Part shown: piece after piece, positions 52,719-64,000 of the stretch
Position numbering within the stretch: the first letter of the stretch is position 1
How the letters are laid out: each line of letters starts with the position of its first letter
DNA from: Adineta vaga
Lineage: Eukaryota; Animalia; Rotifera
Length of the DNA stretch: 64,000 bases
Direction of reading: 5' to 3'
Assembly: GCA_021613535.1 (NCBI GenBank)
Contig: CP075497.1
Coordinates: 10,044,001 to 10,108,000, forward strand
Position numbers and translations under genes: made by a program
Notes under the pieces: generated by a model
Seen by the model: only the letters and a program-made list of their open reading frames with translations
Databases searched by the model: none
Told to the model about the DNA's origin: nothing

Positions 52719-54374
52719 ATGGCGGAAAAATACGTCGATTGTTTGATATGTCCAATAACATTTACTCTATTTCGTGAGCCAGTTGTTGCAAAAGATGGTC
52801 ATACATATGAACGAACTGCTATTATTGAATGGATACAAAGAAATGGTACAAGTCCATTCACACGTGAACCAATTACAATTGAGGGTTTATGTCCAAATTA
52901 TGCAATGAAAAATTTAGTTGAGGCATTTCGAGAAGATATATCAAAACGTAATTATAAATTCAAATTAGGTGTTGATATTGATCGTCATTCAAATCCTTTT
53001 TTTCACACAACTGGCAAAGCTTTATATGATGCAACATGGATTGGAAATCCGAATGGACCACCGATCGTTCTATTGAAATTATATGGTGCACGTGCTGAAA
53101 AAGAAGCTGCATTCTATGAACAATTAACTCGTCATCCACATATTGTTTATACATATGGTCTAGTTCAACCATCAACATCAATGGATTCAAAAACATTTGT
53201 TATGTTATTACAAGAAAAAGCTCCACAAGGAAGTTTATTTAATCTTCTTGAACATCATGGTGACAAGCATCCAGAAGATTCATTATCAGAAATCTTATTA
53301 AATGAGATTTTTATACAAATAACTGATGCTATGATATTTCTTTCAGAGAAAGGTATTATACATGGAGATTTAGCTTGTCGGAATGTATTAGTTTTTCGTA
53401 TTGATGATGATGAACCGAAGAAGTCTCTAGTGAAATTAACTGATTTCGGTATTAGTCGTGGTAATCCAATATATTCGAAAATTGATGCTGTAAATACAGT
53501 TATTGATGTTATACCTATTCGATCATCAGCACCTGAAGTCCTTGAAAATAATGATAGTTATTCAAGAAATATTTATTCAGAAAAATCAGATATGTATGCA
53601 ATGGGTGTGCTTATGTGGGAAGCATATTCAAACGGAAGATTACCATGGGAAAATGTGACAAATGAATCAATGATACGTCAAAAAGTAATTAATGGAGAAC
53701 GTTTAACTCGACCAAATCAGTGCAAATCAGATTATCATTGGAATATTATTTTCAAATGTATGGCACAACAACGAGATGATCGACCAAGATTTGTCGAATT
53801 GAAAAAACAACTAACAGAATTTGTACCTTCATCTATCAAGTCATCTACAACAGTTAGTAAAGATGATTCTTGTTACAAAGTTGAATTAAAAAATGAATTA
53901 TTTTCGGATCCGTCTCCATCAATCAATATTCCTACAGTTTCAGTTATAGTCACAGAAAAAACAGGTGAATAAATATTTCTACTTTTCAAAACTTACTTTA
54001 CTATTAATACTATTATAGAATCAATTGAACCAAATACTCGATCATCTACTATTGAAGAAATAGAACCAAAATCTTCTCCAATTATGGGTGGAAAGGTGAA
54101 ACGTGTGTGTAGTTTGTAAGTACACTGTTGAAATCCTTGGAAATAATCTATCTTTTACATAATAATTGATTAGATTTGAACAAAAGATTGATGAACATCA
54201 ACAATCATACAGTAATAATCGACCAAAAGGAACTTTATATCGAAATATGTCATTTCTGAAGCCAAAAAAGAGTGTAATCATACCACCACAACAAGAACTA
54301 ATTAAAGTTAGGTTAATCTTTCTTTTGTTTATTCAATCACATATTTGCTTTTCTAGTTAACAAAATGGCATTAA
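52719..54374 (+). CDS. U-box + tyrosine-kinase-type fusion protein, ~497 aa, 4 exons
   Basis: U-box CPITFTLFREPVVAKDGHTYERTAIIEWI..SPFTREP..PNYAMK; kinase HPHIV, HGDLACRNVL, KLTDFGISR, PIRSSAPE, SEKSDMYAMGVLMWE..G.LPW, RPRF. Exons 52719-53964, 54019-54115, 54174-54306, 54357-54374 are phase-consistent. Confidence 0.9.
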
Positions 54375-54651
54375 CATTGATAATGAATATAAAATAAAGA
54401 AAAGAAGAACAAATTATAACTTTACTCATATCTTTTTTTTAATATATTAATGAGATATTAAAGAAAATATAATTATTATTTTTCACAAAACAATTTTTTA
54501 AGTATTCCAGACTGTTTGATGTTTAAATTGTTGTCGAAGAAGTTTTCTGTTTTAGATATAAATTCTCGTACGATCAAGATTGTTTCATACTTTATTTCTA
54601 GCTTGTCGTTGTCAATAGTACATAATACAGAATAGGTTATAGGCGATTTGT

Positions 54652-56734
54652 ATGGAACCTTTGTTGTTTGCAAAGCTTAAGGCACGCAACGTTCATGGCA
54701 TACTAGAGAAAATGGATGATGAATTGTATACTATCATTAGTCAAGGTGATCGATTGAATGAGCTTCATATACGTCTGAAATCGTTGCCTAATCCTCAAAA
54801 AGTTCTGGAGTCGATATATCAATCAGATAATAATCGTATGAGCTTATTAATGTTAGCTGCTTTACATGGACATGATACAGTCGTACGTACGATACTTTCA
54901 CATTCAATCGATTTAAGTACGGTAGTAGAACTCTCTGGTAGATTAAATGATTTTGACGGAAATTCTGTTTCATCTGCTACAGCATTATGGTGCGCTTGTG
55001 ATCAAGGTCATTACATGGTGGCTCGCACATTGATTGAAGTAGGAAAGGCAAAGATAGGCCATGGTCCAAATGAATCGATTTTGTTTGATGCGATAATGCG
55101 TCAACGTCTTGATACTATTCAATTCTTAGTTGAAAATAATTACATTGATATTAATCGAACACAACAGGAGAAAAATCCAAAATTCAATAGCCTCATGGCA
55201 TCTGTTCATCTTGGCCGAACAAATATCGTTACTTATCTGCTTGGAAAAGGTGCGGAAGTTGATTTAACGATTGAAGTAGATCATGAGACAGCTTTGGGAT
55301 ATGCTGCTCTACATGGTCATTTGGACATAGTGACTGTCTTATGCGCTGCAGGTGCTTCTACGAATGTGAAAAACTCTGATCAAGAAACGCCACTCAGATT
55401 AGCATATCGAAATGATCATTTACACGTTGTCAGTCATTTACTCGATCTTACAGACGAGAAACTATCAATCGAAGAACTCGAATTAATGATCTGTTCGTTG
55501 CGTCCGTCATTAAAGCAACTCATGGATGATCAATCTCTATTTTCAGTTATAATTCGTTTATTGGAAAAAATTTTGCATATGAGAGAGAAACAAAATTGTT
55601 TGAAAGTAATTAATGAACCTATTCTTGCTTATAAATATCAGCAAGAATGTCAAACAGTGAACGAATTCAATCGGATTCAAGATGATTATCATCGTGTATA
55701 CATTGAAATATTACTCATGCGAGAACGTATTTTAATGTCAAAGAAAATGAAATCATTGTGCGATCCATTAATTAATTATGGAGAATATTTAGTTAGACAG
55801 GGTGACTTTGAATCGTGTCTTCATCTATGGGAACATGCTTTTCATTTATATCAAAATATGGGTCATGAAACTAGTCTTCATCGTTTTTTATGGATATTTT
55901 GTAGAATGATAATTCGTCATGTACCTATTTCTTCTGTACTGTTTTTAAAAATCTGTCGTCTTACATTGGAACCGTCTCAACAAACTGAAAATAATGCGTC
56001 CATAAAAAACGTAATATATTTAGTGGTTATTGCTGCAAAGGTAAATATAAATTCTTATGTCGATATTTAAAGTGAAATGTCAATGAAGTTTTCTTAAAAA
56101 GGTTCTCGCACAACCTATGCTAACTAGACAAGAACGGCAATCAATTATGCAATGGATCAGTGATATCTCTCGTTGTCAACGTACAACAACAGAAGGACAA
56201 ACATTGTTACATTTATGTGTCAATCAACAAACTTATCTCGATATTACTTTTCGAGAAATTGAAATTAGACAAGTTATTAAGTTTGAATACAGCTCAATCA
56301 TAAAAAATACACACGCTTCTTTATTTATCTTATTTAGATTTCCAAACCTCGCAGCAGTTCAACTTCTTCTCGCTGGTGGTAGATATAATATCGATCTAAA
56401 TGCTGTTGACAAATCCAATGGCAATACAGCGCTCCATATAATTTCTCAAAGTAATCGAGATGACGCTTTGCCAATTGCTAAATTATTAATCAATATTGGT
56501 GCTCATATTGATTGTTTGAATAAACACAATAGAACACCATTAGGTTGTGTTACCGCTCCCGAAATAGAATCGTTCCTTCAAAGTCAACAAATACTTCTCC
56601 GACTAAAATGTCTTTGTGCACGGCATATTGTAAATCATGGCATAAACTATACATTAAGATGGCCAAAAGGAACATCATTAAATGATTTCATATACTTACA
56701 TGGTGATATAGCGAAGAAAAACCAAGAGAATTAA
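54652..56734 (+). CDS. FEM-1-like ankyrin/TPR protein with C-terminal BC/VHL-type box, ~654 aa, 3 exons
   Basis: ATALWCAC..GH ankyrin repeats, PILAYKYQQECQT, LLMRERIL, GDFESCLHLWEHA, GQTLLHLCV, RFPN..VQLLL, GNTALH, GAHIDCLN, LKCLCARHI, colinear with the FEM1 family. Confidence 0.88.
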
Positions 56735-57004
56735 CAGACGAGTCAACATAAATTTTGTTCTGCGATTACTCGTAATTCTTTTTTGTATATTTCGATGATT
56801 AACCGTTCCAATATTGTTCGTTTGATTTTATTTTTCATTAAAAGCGTTATGATCATGGAAAATCCTACCTGTTAATTTCGTTATGCTATTTCGACCAGTG
56901 AAACCGATTGTTATTAACCAACTATTTGTAGATAAAATTATCACAATTTCTTCGATGAAAAGGAACGAAAATAGGTGATTTTTCTAGCCAATGTTGCAAA
57001 CAGA

Positions 57005-57087
57005 CAAGGGGGGAAAAGCGAGACTTCCATACTTCCACCGTACTTCTATGATACTTCGAAGTATGGAAGTCTCGCTTTTCCCCCTTG
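57005..57087. repeat. 83-bp near-perfect inverted repeat (~30-bp arms, 22-nt spacer); MITE-like remnant or hairpin
   Basis: caaggggggaaaagcgagacttccatacttc ... gaagtatggaagtctcgcttttcccccttg; arms differ only in G-run length (6 versus 5). Confidence 0.9.
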
Positions 57088-59212
57088 GTTATTTCTCATG
57101 TTTTAATCAATTAAAATCAATTTCTACCTTAAAAATATGTTAAAATCTATTATTTCCTATCGTTTTTGATTAAGCTTATACATGAAAACTTTTTTTGTTA
57201 TTAAATCCACACGTAGATTTGATATTGACATTGATATTCATGATAATTTTGCGAACAAAGAAATTAAGTTGTAAAAAGATTTGATGATTTATTTAATTAA
57301 GCACGTAAATTAAGATTACGATGACAACGAGATTTAATACATAATAAGGAAAGGTGTGTGTAACCATCAGGAGTTATCATCTCAACTGATTCGTCTATTA
57401 AATATTTAGTGTCCATTCTTTTATTAGAAATGGTAAGAATAATAATGACAATGATTGACAGGTATTTAGAAAGTTTTTTTTCATTCTGTCGTTTCCACAT
57501 ATTATCCATTAAAGAGAAAATTCGTCTGTTCATTTTTTACATAACGTAACTAATTCGAATTCGAACTGAATCAGCAAGATATTCATATTACTCTTACACC
57601 TTTTTTGTTGTTGTCGTTTTGAATTTTTTCTAATCAAATAAATAGATTCCCGACGAACTCATAAATTTTAATTTCCAATTTTTAGACGTCTAGCTCAAGC
57701 GTTAAAAACTCTATACAAAAACTTTTCGACGATTATCCATTTCAAAAAAGTAATTAATAAAATATTATCCAAATATTATATTCATTAAAATAAACTTATA
57801 ATATTTATTGTTTATTATTTTACAGATAATGGTGAATTCTTGTGTCCTGAAAATAACTGCATATTTTCAACTCCAAACAGAAAAATATTACTCGGACATT
57901 TACATGGTGTACGTAGTAGTCTCTTCGAACGTATGGTAAACGAACGTCTACAGTTTCGACGTTTATCATCTAATTCATTTGGTTTAAACCAACAAGGATC
58001 AAATCCATATGATTCAAATAAAAATAGTGACCAACAAGATATCTGTTTAAATTATTCAGTAAGTGATACGTTTTTTCCCTCGTCATATTCGGTTAATTTC
58101 TTGGCAAATGAATGTTTCTTCTTTTCTTCAAATCAAATTTATATTGGGTTATGCTCCTTTTATTTCTATCATCTATAGCCATAAACAGACAGAAAAAGTG
58201 AATTCAGTTAAAGTTGAGTTAAGATGTCCGATTGGGTCATTGCCCTCATATTTTTTCATAAATTATCTTTTTCAGATGATTTATTTGTCAATTCAGTTTT
58301 AATTCGATTCGTTCTTTTCTATCTGTTTGAGGTCAAAAATAAAGTGAAGGTCGATCGATTAGCAAATTAAATGTTTGATTGGATTGTTCTCATTGTTAAG
58401 AATAGAAAGAGAAAAAAATGCAATCGTTGACTATTTATGGACGTCGATAATAGGTTGTGTACACATATATATAGCTTCTACAATATTGTTCATATTGAAC
58501 TGCATAGTTGTTGTAATAATTGAGACAGTACATACATAAGATTGACAAATGTCTGAGAAAGAAGTATACCTGACAATTATTTTTATTCTTAGTTCAAAGA
58601 TCAAACGAATGTTTTTTTTAGGTTCCAAATGCACTTATTGAACAGGTGAACCATTTGAATAAGCAACTAAATCAAGGTTTAATATCTTTCAGTGTTTTCA
58701 TGAACGAACAGAAGAAATTGGAACAAGAAAAAAATTAAAAAAGCATCATTTTCGTATTTAATTCTTTTGTTATCGCCTTCTACATTACCCTTTTTTTCAT
58801 CATGTTATATCGATAAATGAGCGTTCATCTGATATAAAAAAAGATTTATGATTGTTGAGAAACTTATAAATCTGATTTCGATATTTTTTCCTCATATGAT
58901 AATTATAGGAAAATATTCAATGACCTTCAACTAATCGATTCTAATCTTCAATTATTAAAACTATTCAATGATATTTCATGAAAATAAGTTCGAGTTATGT
59001 ATGAAAATGTACACTTTCTATTGATTGATTTTTGTACAGAAATTATTATTAGTTTTATCAGATTATTGATTTAAATAAATGTCAAGTGATCATTTCTATG
59101 AGTAATGAAACATATCCGCAGTTGAATGGAATGAATTTTACTTATAACGATCACATACATTTTTAATGATGATTTATCATACATTTAATATACTTATTCT
59201 TTTAGTTTATAG

Positions 59213-59247
59213 TAGCGGCGTAACCAGAAATTTGAGGGTGGTGGGGC
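59213..59247 (+). mobile_element. Possible terminal remnant of a non-autonomous DNA transposon
   Basis: GC-rich tagcggcgtaaccagaaatttgagggtggtggggc resembles CAGTGGCGTA-type termini; only a weak partner (gttacgtcctct) near 59347-59358; no target-site duplication seen. Confidence 0.25.
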
Positions 59248-59890
59248 TTCATGCTATGTATATCGTTAGTGAAATTAAACGACAAATCTAGTTTTTGAAA
59301 ATTTTCTATCGAGAGGATCAAATCGTTACCCTATTTTTATAACAAAGTTACGTCCTCTTATGCTTAGCATATTCTGAGAATTTCGAATGTATAGTATGAG
59401 AATTAATGAGGAAAATTGCAAAAACGTCTCATGTACTTACATCATTTTAAAAGAAAACATGTTGATGTCAGAATTAAGTCGCTTTTAAGTCAAATGAATA
59501 CTTAAGAAACAAGTACGCTTCTATAAGTCTCTCGAGAATATGTATGCAGGAGTATTTTTTAAGAAGAAAACACATTAGGTTGGAGACAAAGACTAAAAAT
59601 GACCTAAGTGATATAGCAGAAAGAATGTACTGACTTTTATTCATATTCTTCTTACATAATTAGATAAATCAATGCTTGAATATCCCATACATAACTATCA
59701 AGTCATAAAGAAACGTGGGTGTGGGTGATGATGAATAAGAGACTGACATGTTCATTCAAGTTCAAAATTAGTTTCGATCTATTTATATATAAAAAATTAA
59801 AAAAAATACATACGTGTAATTATGCTTGTATACAAGAATACAAATAAAGTAGAAAGAAAAAAAAAGGTTTTATATCTAGCGCATCCAGTT

Positions 59891-61415
59891 TCAAGCTTCT
59901 TTCCATTCGTAATGATGAGGTCCTTTTTTAATATTCATTGCATGTTCACTTTTAAGATCATATGAATGTGCACCAAAAAAATCTAATTGAGCTTCCATAA
60001 ACGTTGTTGGCAAATCTGTACTACTCATATACTTGAAATATTCCAAACTAGCAACTAATGCTGGTACATGTGCTCCATATTCTATCGCTAATAACACAAC
60101 ACGTTTAAGTTTAGGATAATATTTTTCAATATCAGCAGCAATCGGTTTCAATAGAAGAATATTACTGAAAGGTTCATCATTAGATTTTTCATGAGCTGCA
60201 TATAATGGTTGAAGAAGATCAGCAATATAATCACTTTGAACAATACAACCGGCACGCCAAATACGAATAACTTCGCTCATTCTAATATGCCAGTGTTTTG
60301 CTTGAGATGTTGCAGCAATTAAATTACAACCTTGAGCGAAAGATGCTAAAATGGAAACATAAACAGCACATCGAAGGTCTTCAATAAATTCATCTGTATT
60401 CTTTTTGAGATTTTCAATTAATCTTGGCTTTTCTAATTTAACTAATTTATCAAATTCAATACGATCCGAACGATTTGCTGATGCTACACGTAATAAATGT
60501 GCTGCAGCAATAGTTGGTACAGAAATATGAACTTTAGCTGCTTCTTGTATTGACCAAACACCAGTACCTTCGGTATTATCAGCATCTTGAACAACTTTAT
60601 CTTCAATATCATCAAGAATATGTCCCGATGTTGGATCATCAGCTTTATAATGACGCGTACATATATCACCAGCAATTGATATGAGATAATTATTATATAA
60701 TTCACTTTTTCTTGACCATTCAGTAAATATATAACCAATATCATCTTCGGAAAAACCAAGTAAACGATTGAAAATCCCCCATGCCTCACAGACAATACTA
60801 AGCATGCCTTGTTCAATACCATTATGAACCATTTTAACATAATGACCGGCACCGCCAGGACCGATATTTGTTACACATTCACTACCTTTTTCCGATTTTG
60901 CACATACAGTACGAAGAAATGGCAAAATAACATTATCAAGAATTTCTTTATTACCACCTGGTGAAAGTGATGCTCCTCTTCTTGCTGATTGATATCCACC
61001 AGACACCACCCATACCAATAAAATAGACACCTAATTCATCCATTTCTTTTTGTCGTCGTTCTGTATCAAGATACCATTCATTTCCACCATCTAAAATAAT
61101 ATCTCCTTTATTTAAATATGAACCTATCGAATCCAAGACTTCGTCTGTTGGATGACCGTGTGTAATACTAAAAATTAGAAGACGTGGTTGTTGTTTATCT
61201 TTTTCAAAACTTTTCATGAATGTCTCATAATCTTTATAACCAGTTATTTTATCACGAGTATTATCATGTTCTTTAGCTATATCAACAACAGCTTGAACAC
61301 TATCTGATTTAACATCGTACAAGGATACTTGAAGACCATGTTCGGCAAATAATAATGCCATATTACCACCCATAGATCCAGCACCAATGATACCGATTCG
61401 AGTAAATCTAGTCAT
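59891..61415 (-). CDS. 6-phosphogluconate dehydrogenase (decarboxylating), fungal-like, intronless, with a single +1 frameshift at ~61007
   Basis: IGIIGAGSMG, ILDGGNEWY, G(M)GVSGG, GHYVKMVHNGIEQG, EGTGVWS, IWRAGCIVQS, EAQLDFFGAHSY. Span is 1525 nt = 508 codons + 1; reads GGT ATG GGT G GTG TCT GGT GGA. Confidence 0.9.
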
Positions 61416-62056
61416 GTTATTGTAAATGACACATCGTCAAAATAACATAGAGATATTTATATAGTCGATTGTCCTTTTCTATTTTTTCACATCAGGTTAT
61501 TCAGTACTCTTTTTCTTTTATGTATGATGACTGTATAAAAAAGAAAATAATATTTCTCTCTAGCTTTATTCTTTTCATACAATCGAACTAGAATAATAAG
61601 AAATTTATACAGAATCTATATCACTTTTGACATACATTAGGATTAGAAAGTATTGAAAACTCTTTGCTGCAATCAATATATAGGAATCAATTGATTTATA
61701 TATCATTCAACCATAATTTTTCTTTCAATATTAATATATTTCAATTAAGAAGAGATTACTTGATTGTCAATCTTCTATTATAAATATTTAGTTGAACACG
61801 CAACGGAACGGAAGTAGGTATTGACTATTTAGTTCCTATTGGTTGTCAAATAGACGAATGCATAGAAAGATAAACATGTACACACACACACACACTTATA
61901 TTGTGTGTCAGACTCAATTTGTTTTGCATTACAATACGTTCAAAACTATGTTTATACCGACGTAGTATGAAACAATTCGTCTATGCCTGAATTTATTTCA
62001 TCGAATTTGATATGATACCATAGTACCATTAAAAGAAAGAAAATATTCGATTAATT

Positions 62057-63956
<1,900 letters not shown>

Positions 63957-64000
63957 TAAGAACATAGTTTTCATAAGGAGATTTTATATTTTTCATCGCA

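Noticed and set aside
57826-58060. Exon-like piece with CPENNC..GHLHGVR (C2H2-like)
   Set aside because: Spacing of the second His is non-canonical and no complete gene could be assembled; at most a remnant.
60951-61030. Programmed frameshift or tiny intron explaining the 6PGD break
   Set aside because: No slippery heptamer and no GT-AG interval that restores the GMGVSGG motif; a single-base insertion is simpler.
61801-61818. Tandem GGAA (ETS-like) site between 6PGD and the HECT gene
   Set aside because: Too short to distinguish from chance without conservation data.

Overview
AT-rich eukaryotic (animal) genomic DNA with compact genes and many ~50-60 nt GT-AG introns. The intron size, intronless orphan-type GPCR and bacterial/fungal-like genes among metazoan genes suggest a bdelloid rotifer (inference). 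The ORF track fragments or misses most genes, so I spliced them by hand; exon boundaries and family names come from manual reading and remembered family motifs, not from database searches. 1-30 kb holds ordinary-looking genes: a RAB3IP/Sec2 5' end, an S/T-rich disordered protein, a Cys-tail orphan, a GPCR, XRRA1 head-to-head with SMG6, RPGR, a SAM methyltransferase, a KH-like+dsRBD-like protein, a GAPR-1-like CAP protein, and a bacterial-type general stress protein 26 with three introns. 30-46 kb is a mosaic of broken, intron-retaining gene copies (unknown::MCM2 chimera, RABEPK, LIN9::MCM2 chimera, internally deleted ABCA) interleaved with orphan membrane-protein genes and an intact-looking fungal/plant-type cyclic phosphodiesterase. 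48-64 kb holds a SUEL-lectin single-pass receptor, a tight co-oriented trio (ubiquitin-like-fold orphan, U-box/tyrosine-kinase fusion, FEM1-like), an 83-bp near-perfect hairpin, a fungal-type 6-phosphogluconate dehydrogenase with a 1-nt frameshift, and the 5' part of a NEDD4/WWP-family HECT E3. No rRNA, tRNA or CRISPR array was recognised.
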